Below, one piece after another: positions 19,149 through 28,309 of a stretch of DNA of 64,000 nt (positions within the stretch are counted from its first letter, which is position 1; the number at the start of each line of letters is the position of its first letter). The notes under the pieces were generated by a model. That model was not told the DNA's origin. It saw only the letters and a list, made by a program, of their open reading frames with translations, and did not search any database. The DNA is taken from the NCBI GenBank assembly GCA_965226495.1, contig OZ245365.1, positions 2,624,001 through 2,688,000 on the forward strand, in the 5' to 3' direction. Source of the stretch: Candidatus Marinacidobacterales bacterium (lineage in GTDB: Bacteria > Acidobacteriota > Vicinamibacteria > Marinacidobacterales > DATDRI01). The position numbers and the translations under genes are program-made.

Positions 19149-19713
19149 TGGAGATGCCGTGACGAGCATGAGCCAATGGATTTACGATGGGCTCGCGGCG
19201 AGAATGAACATTACCGATACCAATAGTATTCTTGCCGACTTGAACCGCCTTGCCAACGAGTTCGGACGCAAGGCCTTCACCACCGCGGTCCTGCTCAGCT
19301 TTCGGAAAGACAACTCCACCCTGTACTTCTCCTACGCGGGACACCCTCCGGTATGGATTCGTCGGAAGACAGACGGGGTGTGGCGGCCTCTCGTCGAGGA
19401 GCCGCAGACGGAGGCTAGCAACCTACCCCTGGGTATGTTCGCTGAATCTGCCTATGATCAGAAACAGCTCCCACTGAGCTCGGGCGATCGATTGTTCGTG
19501 CATACCGACGGCATCACGGATGCCTTCGACACCAACGGTGACCAATTCGGGGAGGATCGACTTCGATCCGTTCTGACGGAAGCGGGGGACAAAAGTTTGT
19601 TCGAGCTCAAGCACCGCGTTCTGGCTGCGATTCGCTTGCACACCGGGGGCACGTTAGGCCACGATGACGTGACTCTAATGGCGGTGGAAGTTAATTGATG
19701 TGTCGGGTCTAGA

Positions 19714-20884
19714 ATGGTGAGAAGAATTTCTAGTACCACGCTGGCGGTGGTCCTTTGGACCCTCTGGGCTCCCCAGCTCTTCGCACAAGATCACGCGCCG
19801 CCCAAAGTGCGCGTGACACCGGATTATCTTTCGGGACCAGAAGCCGAAGCGGCAGCCCTATTCGCAAACGTACTGCCAACCGTGGTGACGATCTTCACCG
19901 CGAGCCGGGCCGTAACACCCGACGGTGGACAAGACGAGCGGGGCATCGGGAGTGGGGTGCTCATTTCGCCGGAGTGCCATGTCCTTACCGCGGCTCACGT
20001 GATCGAAGGTGCGGATGCCATTCTAGTGAAGACTCACGACGGAAACTTGCACGCAGCGGAGCTTCTCTATAGCGAGTCAGGCGCGGACATTGCTCTCATA
20101 AAACTGGTGGTACCCGAACCGGAGCTCGCGCACGCCCGACTCGGTGACTCCGATCGGCTGGCGGTGGGACAATGCCTGTTCGTCATCGGCGCTCCTTTCG
20201 GTTTAGAGCTCCTTTTCCGTCGGGCACATCAGCGGCTTCCGCGAGTTCGACCGCCTCTATGACGGCACGATTCTGGCAGAGTTCATCCAGACCGACGCCG
20301 CCATCAACTCTGGCAACAGCGGTGGACCGGTCTTCAACTCCCAAGGCGACGTCATCGGTATTGCTTCTCGAATCCTAAGCGCATCCGGGGGCTCGCAAGG
20401 GCTAGGTTTCGTGGTGGCCATCAACACGGCGAAGCAGCTCCTGTCCCTCGAAGACCGCGCCTGGATGGGTATCGAGTCGGTCTTCCTGTCCGGGGAAAAA
20501 CTGGGCCAACTGTTCAACCTGGATCTGGAAGGAGCCCTACTCGTTCAGCGCGTCGTCAAAGGTGGCCCGGCCGATAAGGCAGGCTTGCGGGGAGGCTCCA
20601 TCCCCGTCAGTATCCAGGGACAAGAGATTCTGCTCGGTGGTGACTTGATCTTGGAGCTGGGCGCCCAGGAAGCCTGTCACAGTGCGTGCCTGGTGCGCGG
20701 CGGCAAGAGATTGGGGGGACTGGATCGCATCCCCGTGAAATTCCTTCGTGGCGGCAAAGTCATGGAGGCCGTCATCAATGTGTCGAACACCCGCCGTAAC
20801 TTTTTAAAACCAGCCGCCACCCCAAACCGAGGTGTCGGCGAACAGCTGATCCGGAACGAAGAATCGCCCCGCCCCAGGGTTTAA
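19714..20884 (+). CDS. HtrA/DegS-like serine protease with PDZ domain, frameshifted near 20210
   Basis: GSGV, LTAAHV, DIALIK, then QTDAAINSGNSGG in a different frame, and a PDZ-like C-terminus. Confidence 0.85.
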
Positions 20885-23019
20885 GGAGGAAACTGTCTTA
20901 CGTAGTGATCGTAGGTAAGCTGCACCCTAGACACATAGGCAACCACCTCGGAGCCACGAACGTATCCATACCTCGCCGTGCGATGATAGCGCGGCTGCTC
21001 CAATAGAAGCATCGCTTTTTCGGTCTGACCGAACCATCTATCGGCGTCAAACCTCATGCGAGTCGCCAGACGACGAGCGTCCTCCACGTGACCCTCGCCC
21101 GCGTTGTACGCCGCCAAGGCGAATCGAATTCGATGCTTCAAGTCAATTCTCCGGTCAGTCCTCGAAAGCAGCAGGGACATGTATCTAATGCCCGCGTGGA
21201 TGTTCGTGTCGGCGGCGCGGATATCCTCGAATCCCAGCTCCTGGGCGGTTCGCGGCATCAACTGAAACAGACCTTCCGCCCCTGCCCAACTGCGGCTCCG
21301 AGGGTCGAAGCGGCTCTCGCGGAACGCCTGCGCCGCCATGAGTCGCCAGTCCAAGTTGTATTGCTTGGAGTACCTCTTGATGAGTCTGTCGTAGGGCGTG
21401 AGGCGCCCGGTCTCGGAGGCGCGCCTCTCCTTGGCCCGTCGAATACCCGCGCTGTTCTGAAAATACCGCTTGAATATGACGTTATACGCCAATCCCCGGT
21501 AGGACTTGGAAATGAATCCGTCGAGGAAAGCCCGGAGCTTGGGATTGTTCTTACGAGTTCCGAAAGCTATCTCTCTAGGATGTGGTTCCTCGTCGGAGTC
21601 GACCAGCGAGGGCAAAAATACTGCGGGCTGCACATCGTCTCGATAGGCGAGCTCCGCATCCAGGAGATGGGAATCGGCCACTGTTAGAGGAATCGTCCCC
21701 TCACCGACCGCGGCCACCAGATCCTCGATCTCTAGCTCCTCCGATGCCTCCACGATCGTAAACGGCCCGACCACGTCCTGGAGCGCTTGCAGCGTGCGAA
21801 AGTAGCTCGTGGATCTCTGCACGTGAATCTCTCGCCCGGTGAGATCCTCGATGGAACGAAGTGGTTCCTCGGTGTCGGCGGGCTCGACAATCACTTCATG
21901 CACATACAAATAGGGGCGCGTGAAGGCGATCTGTTCTTGGCGGTCGGGGGTAATCGACATGCTGGCCGCGATCACATCCCCGCGGCCTTCGAGAAGCCAG
22001 GGGATGAGGTCCGCGAATCTCGGCGGCACAACCATCTCGAGACGCACCCCCGCGTCGCGAGCCGCCATCTCTGCAAGTTCGTAGTCGAAACCCATCAGCC
22101 TGCCGCGATAGAGAAAATAGTTCACGCTATTGTTCCGCGTCAGCACTCGGATGGATCCTCGCCGCTCTATCGCGTCCAGGTCACCCGTGCTGGTCTCCGT
22201 CGAATGCTCGGTCACGAAGTGGCCAATCACAAAACTATTGGCAGCGGCCAAGAGCTCGGGGTTTTTCTTCCGGACCGCCCATCCCACTTGTCTTCCTTCC
22301 GCAATGGGAAAGAGCCGCACGACCTCGGTGTTATAGCTTTCGATCTCTGCGAGTTGGTTGCTATCGACGACCGTCAGAGATCGGCGTCCTAGGGTCACGT
22401 CGTTGACGATGGATTCGGTATCCCGTTCCTCTTCGACGTAGATGACCCGAAAATTCAAGTGTAGTTCTTCGTCAAGTTCGCGAAGCGTCCGAGTAAAAGA
22501 GGAGCTCCGGCGTACGTGAATCTCGCGTCCCACAAGATCCCCCATGCGCTGCGGCAAGTCGGGATCGCCCTTTCGCCCCACCAACCACTCGGACACGGTC
22601 GCCGTCGGCCGCGAGAATGCTACCAACTGAGCGCGCTCGGGGGTCATGGTGAGTTGGGCGGCTACCAAATCTGCGTAACCCCGCAGCAGTAGATTGAGCA
22701 CCACGGACCGGTCTTCGACTCGTATGAGCTGCGCCCTTACCCCAAGCTGCGTCGCAAACGAAGCCGCAAGTTCTTCCGCTCCTACCGCAGTTCCACCACG
22801 GCGAAGCGTCTCTGTGGTGGCCGCGGTCACCAGGACGCGGAGCGTCCTCCGTTCTCGGATGCGAGCGAGATCAGCGGTGTCGACGAAGAGCCCGGACGAC
22901 TCCCTCGGGGAGCTGTGAATGAAGATTTCGGCTGGACCCTCGGAAGGCGCGCGACGCTCGCAGGCAAGGAATAGGGTGGTCGCGGCTAGCAGGGTCGCGG
23001 CCGGCGCACGCCACGACAT
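20881..23019 (-). CDS. mltF: MltF-like lytic transglycosylase with two substrate-binding-protein domains
   Basis: Two SBP_bac_3-like units, then SLT motifs RESRF, GLFQLMP and AAYNAG. Confidence 0.8.
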   Translation of the reverse strand: MSWRAPAATLLAATTLFLACERRAPSEGPAEIFIHSSPRESSGLFVDTADLARIRERRTLRVLVTAATTETLRRGGTAVGAEELAASFATQLGVRAQLIRVEDRSVVLNLLLRGYADLVAAQLTMTPERAQLVAFSRPTATVSEWLVGRKGDPDLPQRMGDLVGREIHVRRSSSFTRTLRELDEELHLNFRVIYVEEERDTESIVNDVTLGRRSLTVVDSNQLAEIESYNTEVVRLFPIAEGRQVGWAVRKKNPELLAAANSFVIGHFVTEHSTETSTGDLDAIERRGSIRVLTRNNSVNYFLYRGRLMGFDYELAEMAARDAGVRLEMVVPPRFADLIPWLLEGRGDVIAASMSITPDRQEQIAFTRPYLYVHEVIVEPADTEEPLRSIEDLTGREIHVQRSTSYFRTLQALQDVVGPFTIVEASEELEIEDLVAAVGEGTIPLTVADSHLLDAELAYRDDVQPAVFLPSLVDSDEEPHPREIAFGTRKNNPKLRAFLDGFISKSYRGLAYNVIFKRYFQNSAGIRRAKERRASETGRLTPYDRLIKRYSKQYNLDWRLMAAQAFRESRFDPRSRSWAGAEGLFQLMPRTAQELGFEDIRAADTNIHAGIRYMSLLLSRTDRRIDLKHRIRFALAAYNAGEGHVEDARRLATRMRFDADRWFGQTEKAMLLLEQPRYHRTARYGYVRGSEVVAYVSRVQLTYDHYVRQFPP

Positions 23020-23080
23020 GGGCGCATTATCTTGAAGGCGGCCCCCCACAGGCAAATGTGTGGGTGGGATCATCTGAGTG

Positions 23081-24721
23081 CTAGTTGCTCAATTCTCCCC
23101 ACGTCGGCGTTTCAAGCTGCACGTCTTCGTTCGCTAGTTCGGTGCGGCTGATGCCGTCATACTGATCCGCCACATCTGCCCAGGGGCGTAGGCGCACGGA
23201 GATTTTATCTCCAGTACGAAACTGCGCGGCGTCCTGGAGGACGTGGTCGCGCATTCCCCAGATGTAGACCACGGCCTCTCCCCCACTCACGCCAGCTTGA
23301 TCGCTCTCGAGATTACCCAGGTGCACAGCGGTGATGTGGTCCGCGTAAGGAACCGTACCCGGACGTGGAATCGGTGCGATTTCTCGGATGATTCCGGATG
23401 CCACGACCTCTCCCCCGGGTTCCGGAACGAAGAACTGCCCGGGCGTGGCTTCGCCCAGACTGAGGTCCACAAGCTTCCAATCGCCAACGGCTAGCTCGCG
23501 TTCCGCAAACTGGAAAATCACGAGCCGCTTTCCCGCGAGGCGATCCCGTCCGCTCGCGAGCTCCCGTCCCAGAAGCTCCCTTGTCGCAAACGCTCCGTCG
23601 GCATTTTGAACGATCCGATCGATGGGCCGTTGCATGAGAAAGCTGAGCTGCTCGGCGAATCCAGCGGAGTCTCCCCAACCCATCTCGGCCAGCGAATAGA
23701 TATTGCTGAAGCTGTCGCCGAGGAGAAGGACATCTGCAGAGCGGCTCGCTTGCCAAGATGCCTCGTTAGCGGTGCGAATCCGTCGCACTCGGATCGGTTC
23801 CTTTGGAAACCGAGATTGCCCTTCAGGCAAATCCAACATACGTGCCACGTCACCCAGGTTTGCGACGTCGAAGTTCTCACGAACGAGGTCGCGGACGGGC
23901 ACCGGCGGTAGGTCGACGGTCTGCGCGATGAAGTCTCGGAGATGGGCCGCCACCAGCTCCATGGCTTCAGGCCTCCAATGGGTGTCGGTCATTAAGTATT
24001 GGTGCGCTCCGGATCGTCGTTGGGCTTCCGCTAGGACCGGGGCTGGGTCGAAGACCAGTACACCGCGCTCCTCCAGCTCCTCAACAAAGGAAGCATAGGA
24101 AGGTGGCCGCAGCGGATCGCCAACTCCTTCGAAACGGCGGCTGAATCGTTCCGGATGAATCGACGGCTTCACGGGCGTGGCCATCACGATGAGTTGAATG
24201 TCCCTCTGTTCTAGTTGGATCTTTAGCTGCAGGATCGCCCGGCGTGGATCGGAAGCGTCCACAAAGCTGGGCCCGGTCAGATAATCGAGACTGTCCCGAA
24301 AGAAGAGCCATGGCCCGCGCCCGATGTAAGCCTGCTCGTTGCCAGCGCCGAGGTCGGCGAGAAAGTATTGAACGGGCGGCCGTAGCAACCGCGCAAGAAG
24401 CGTCTTTTCGCCCGTATCGTCGTCGAAGCGTTCAAGCTCCTGGATGACCACACGGTTCTTCCGAAAGGCTCGCGTTGGCAACGACGCGTGCGCTTCACCC
24501 CTGAGTGACGCCACCGGCGACGCTACGGCGCTGACGAAGCGGGATACACGGCGTCGCAGGCTGTCCGAGCGGTCGTGGACGATTTCGGTGAGTAAAACGC
24601 CACCGACCAGCAGAACAAACTGGCCCACTAGCAGCCAAGCGGTCCCGCGCCCGACCGTCGTGTGGCCGACTTCCCTTCGGGCTATCTCCTCCCGGGTCTG
24701 TTGCAGCGATTTCTCGGTCAT
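23081..24721 (-). CDS. AlgJ/AlgX-type SGNH-like O-acetyltransferase with extra C-terminal domain
   Basis: N-terminal TM helix, GRGPWLF, TDTHW, LLGDSFS. Confidence 0.82.
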   Translation of the reverse strand: MTEKSLQQTREEIARREVGHTTVGRGTAWLLVGQFVLLVGGVLLTEIVHDRSDSLRRRVSRFVSAVASPVASLRGEAHASLPTRAFRKNRVVIQELERFDDDTGEKTLLARLLRPPVQYFLADLGAGNEQAYIGRGPWLFFRDSLDYLTGPSFVDASDPRRAILQLKIQLEQRDIQLIVMATPVKPSIHPERFSRRFEGVGDPLRPPSYASFVEELEERGVLVFDPAPVLAEAQRRSGAHQYLMTDTHWRPEAMELVAAHLRDFIAQTVDLPPVPVRDLVRENFDVANLGDVARMLDLPEGQSRFPKEPIRVRRIRTANEASWQASRSADVLLLGDSFSNIYSLAEMGWGDSAGFAEQLSFLMQRPIDRIVQNADGAFATRELLGRELASGRDRLAGKRLVIFQFAERELAVGDWKLVDLSLGEATPGQFFVPEPGGEVVASGIIREIAPIPRPGTVPYADHITAVHLGNLESDQAGVSGGEAVVYIWGMRDHVLQDAAQFRTGDKISVRLRPWADVADQYDGISRTELANEDVQLETPTWGELSN

Positions 24722-24722
24722 A

Positions 24723-26180
24723 TCAGAAGATGAAATAGATGAACGGGTTGAATCCTTGTGTCGCTAGCACCGCGATCGAGGTCAGCCACAGCCCGACTAT
24801 CGCAACGGCCTTCAGCGGCGTAATGGTGCGAGTCCAATCCCACGTCTGCGGACACGTCCACGTGATGACAGCGGCAAGAAGAACCGTGCCCAAGTAGTAC
24901 GGTTGATACAGAATCCCACTCAAGAGTCCGGCAGTTTCGTGCACCGCCTCCAATCCGAACATACTTCGAAGATAGAGGAGTGCGGCGGGCAGATCCTCCG
25001 CCCGGAAAAACACCCAGGTGATCAGCACGAGCGTAAACGTCACGGCGCGGCGGCCGACCGCTGGAAGCCAACGGTACGGAGGGGACTTTCCGCGCAGACG
25101 CTCCGCGGCAAGCAAGAGACCGTGCAGGCCTCCCCAGATGACGAAGTTCCAGGCCGCACCGTGCCACAGCCCCCCGAGCAACATGACAATCGCCAGGTTC
25201 AGATAAGTCCGTCGCCGTCCGCGTTTGTTCCCACCGAGTGGAAGATAGAGGTAGTCCCGGAGCCAGGTAGACAGCGAAATGTGCCACCGCCGCCAGAACT
25301 CGGTGATCGACTGCGCGAGGTAGGGAGAATCGAAGTTCTTGGAGAAGACGAATCCCAGCATGAGCCCCAACCCGATCGCCATGTCCGAGTAGGCGCTGAA
25401 GTCGAAATAGATCTGGAACGCGTAGCCGATGACGCCGTACCAGGCATCCACGACGCCAACGGATCCGGCGTTGAATGCGACGTCGGCTACCTTCCCGCAT
25501 GGATTGGCCAGGAGGATCTTCTTCGCAAGCCCAACGCTCACGAACGCGATTCCGCGGGCGAATTTTGTCACTGTGTGCGTTCGCTGCGAGAGTTGTTCGG
25601 CCACTTCCGAGAATCGGATGATCGGGCCAGCAACGAGCTGCGGAAACATCGAGACATAACAGGCGAAGTCGATAAAATTGCGGAGCGCGCGGGCGTGCCC
25701 CCGATAGACATCGATGGTGTAGCTCATCGACTGAAAGGTGTAGAAGCTGATCCCCAGCGGCAATACGACCGTGATGGCCCTTTGTATCTCGAGCTCAGGC
25801 AGCCCGAGCCAGGTCACGATCGCGTCAAAATTGCCGGCGGCGAAATTGAAGTACTTGAAAAAACCCAACAAGGACAGGTTGGAGACGATGGAGAAGATCA
25901 ACGCGGTTCGCTGTGCCCGGGACCGCGGGTCCCCCGGCTCGAGCTGTTGGATAGGACTCCCCCCGTCGCGCAAGCGGTGTTTGGAAATCGCCAGCCCGCA
26001 GAAGTAGTCGACCGTGGTGGATCCCAATAGCAAGAAAACAAACAGCGGGTTCGCCCACCCGTAGAATAAGTAGCTCACCAGGGTGAGAACGAGGTGCTTG
26101 GTGCGGCGCGGGACCGCGTAGTAAAGCAGCAGTGCAGCGGGGAGAAAATAGAAGAGGAAGAGATACGAGCTAAAGACCAT
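24723..26180 (-). CDS. algI: MBOAT O-acetyltransferase, AlgI/PatA-like
   Basis: LPLGISFYTFQ, FPQLVAGPI, QIYFDFSAYSDMA, FWRRWHISLS, GLWHGA, and C-terminal FIYFIF. Confidence 0.92.
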   Translation of the reverse strand: MVFSSYLFLFYFLPAALLLYYAVPRRTKHLVLTLVSYLFYGWANPLFVFLLLGSTTVDYFCGLAISKHRLRDGGSPIQQLEPGDPRSRAQRTALIFSIVSNLSLLGFFKYFNFAAGNFDAIVTWLGLPELEIQRAITVVLPLGISFYTFQSMSYTIDVYRGHARALRNFIDFACYVSMFPQLVAGPIIRFSEVAEQLSQRTHTVTKFARGIAFVSVGLAKKILLANPCGKVADVAFNAGSVGVVDAWYGVIGYAFQIYFDFSAYSDMAIGLGLMLGFVFSKNFDSPYLAQSITEFWRRWHISLSTWLRDYLYLPLGGNKRGRRRTYLNLAIVMLLGGLWHGAAWNFVIWGGLHGLLLAAERLRGKSPPYRWLPAVGRRAVTFTLVLITWVFFRAEDLPAALLYLRSMFGLEAVHETAGLLSGILYQPYYLGTVLLAAVITWTCPQTWDWTRTITPLKAVAIVGLWLTSIAVLATQGFNPFIYFIF

Positions 26181-26183
26181 CAG

Positions 26184-27617
26184 CTAGCTGCCGACATCGT
26201 AATAGAGGCGCAGTTCAAATTCGTCGCTGTCCATGACGAGGCGCTCGCCCTCGAGCTCGTGGTGCTCATCATACAGCCCGAGCGTCATTCGGTGAAGACC
26301 GCCTTCTTCGCGCGCCGCGGTGTCTAACACTTGGCCGTCTCGAATTACCCAGTGCGCCACGAGTAGCTTCTTTTCGTCGTAGCTCCCCTCGATCACTGCG
26401 ACGATTTCGTACTCGTTGACGAGCAATGCGCTGCGGTAGGGCGAAATCGAATCGGGCGTGGGGATCGGGAAAGCCTGGAGAACACGCGCCTCGACCACAA
26501 GGCGCTCGCGGGAGTTTTTGTCCGGCACGTGTGAGGGCCCACGCTGTGGATCTCGCCCCACGCGGCCCGCCGGCCGCTCACTTGGGTCAATCCAAGCGTC
26601 CGGATAGAAATCGGCGCGTCGGTTGTCCGACACCTTGACCCAGGCCTCGACCGTGGTGAAATCAGCTGAAAACCGCCCCAAGTGGATCTCGACCTGTTCA
26701 CCGCCGCCACGGATCTTGTTCGACGCAGTGCCCACCGTGTAGGGGCCAGTTATGGTAAGGAACCGGGGGTGGTTGGCCCATCGGGGATGGTAAATCTCGT
26801 AGCCATCGATTCCGGGCGCATTATTGATGTCGACTCGCCATCTTTCGTCACTCTCCAGATCCACCATGGTTAGCTTCCGGTGAGCGCCATCGAAATACCA
26901 GAAGAGTGGGTCGGCACCCGCTGACAGAGAGGTCCAACATCCCCTCCCTTTCCGATCCCAATCGCCCTTGGGGAGCTCCACCACACCGGCCCCAGGCCAA
27001 GGAAAGAGCCCGCCCGCGAGGCGGCCATCATCGGATACCTGAAATGTGTCCCCGCTGACGCGACGCCGATCCCACACCACTTCGTTAACATCCCATCGGT
27101 CGATTTGGTGTCGGGTCACGACTCCATAGGTGACGGGATCGGTTTTCTCGTCCGTACCAACGTAGACCCATTCAATATTCGTCTCTGGATCGATCCACGT
27201 TTCGAGGGCGAACCCTTTTCCGAGCTTGCGTAGGCCGGATCCATCCCAGTTCACGACGAACACCCGGTCCCGAAGACGGTTCGAAAACACGACGCGGTTG
27301 CCGAGAGGCGCAATCAGGGGCTTGGCGTAATTGCCCGGGGTGTCGACGATGGGGTGCTCGCCTCGACCGTCGTGGCTGTCGTAGCCCATCAAGCGCAGCT
27401 GGTCGGCCCGACTGCCGATGTCGGTCCCGTCGCCAATGTCCTGTGTCCAGACGATTCGGGTTCGTGCCCCGGTCAACCGTTCAATGTCACTTGGCTTCGC
27501 TGACGCCAGCCGCGTACTTGCGCGTGCCTGGTTACGTTTCCCGGGGTCCTCGGACGGCGCACACGATGTGGAAACAGCGAGGGCGAAAGTAATGAACAGT
27601 GATTTCTTTCGAGTCAT
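26184..27617 (-). CDS. Putative lipoprotein with TolB-like beta-propeller and C-terminal beta domain
   Basis: TSC lipobox-like signal, P.I/W repeats, VVNWDGSGLRKL. Confidence 0.55.
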   Translation of the reverse strand: MTRKKSLFITFALAVSTSCAPSEDPGKRNQARASTRLASAKPSDIERLTGARTRIVWTQDIGDGTDIGSRADQLRLMGYDSHDGRGEHPIVDTPGNYAKPLIAPLGNRVVFSNRLRDRVFVVNWDGSGLRKLGKGFALETWIDPETNIEWVYVGTDEKTDPVTYGVVTRHQIDRWDVNEVVWDRRRVSGDTFQVSDDGRLAGGLFPWPGAGVVELPKGDWDRKGRGCWTSLSAGADPLFWYFDGAHRKLTMVDLESDERWRVDINNAPGIDGYEIYHPRWANHPRFLTITGPYTVGTASNKIRGGGEQVEIHLGRFSADFTTVEAWVKVSDNRRADFYPDAWIDPSERPAGRVGRDPQRGPSHVPDKNSRERLVVEARVLQAFPIPTPDSISPYRSALLVNEYEIVAVIEGSYDEKKLLVAHWVIRDGQVLDTAAREEGGLHRMTLGLYDEHHELEGERLVMDSDEFELRLYYDVGS

Positions 27618-27731
27618 GCTCCACTCATTTTCTGGCAGCGGCGTAGAACCCGCAAGTTGCTTACTCTAGCGCGTCGAAGTCACGTACACTAGTCGTTGGA
27701 GGCGGATACCCCGCACCGTCTGGAGGGCCCT

Positions 27732-28295
27732 ATGGGATTCGTACTCACTATCTTTGGCATCGTCGCCGGCGCTGTCATCCTCGTAGTTGGTTGGGCGGTG
27801 GCCATTTACAACGGCCTCATTCGCCTGCGAAACACCTGTGACAACGCCTGGAGCGACGTCGACGTCCAGCTGAAGAAACGATACGACCTGATCCCCAACC
27901 TCGTCGAAACCGTTAAAGGATACGCGAAACACGAGAAGGCTACCCTCGAGAGCGTGATCCAAGCCCGGAATCAGGCCATCGAAGCGCCCACGCCCGACGC
28001 CACAATCGCCGCAGAGAACGTGTTGACGGGCGCTCTGCGGCAACTCTTTGCCCTTTCGGAGGCCTACCCCGATTTAAAGGCCAACCAGCACTTCATACAG
28101 CTTCAGGGCGATCTCACCCAGATCGAAGGCGACATCGCCAATGCCCGCCGCTACTACAACGCAGTTGTCCGGGACTTCAACACGCGGCAACAGACGTTCC
28201 CGGCCAATATCATTGCCGGTTCGTTTGGCTTCCAACCGCGGATGTTTTTCGAGGCCGAGGAGGAAGATCGGAAGTCCGTTAAGGTTCAATTCTAG
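27732..28295 (+). CDS. lemA: LemA family protein
   Basis: YNGL..LRN, QLKKRYDLIPNLV, EAYPDLKAN, RRYYN. Confidence 0.93.
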   Translation: MGFVLTIFGIVAGAVILVVGWAVAIYNGLIRLRNTCDNAWSDVDVQLKKRYDLIPNLVETVKGYAKHEKATLESVIQARNQAIEAPTPDATIAAENVLTGALRQLFALSEAYPDLKANQHFIQLQGDLTQIEGDIANARRYYNAVVRDFNTRQQTFPANIIAGSFGFQPRMFFEAEEEDRKSVKVQF

Positions 28296-28309
28296 CGAAC
28301 GAGCCAAAC

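Larger units (their letters stand above)
17502..19698 (+). pseudogene. SpoIIE/RsbU-type PP2C phosphatase (260 aa) disrupted by IS256
   Basis: GGDIY, ADVSGHG|DAVTS, YAGHPP, HTDGITDA, DDVT. In frame after removing the IS and one TSD copy. Confidence 0.9.

Noticed and set aside
27741-27752. GTACTCACTATC as a fourth ECF promoter
   Set aside because: It lies inside the lemA coding region and has no GTAAGAA 14 nt upstream.
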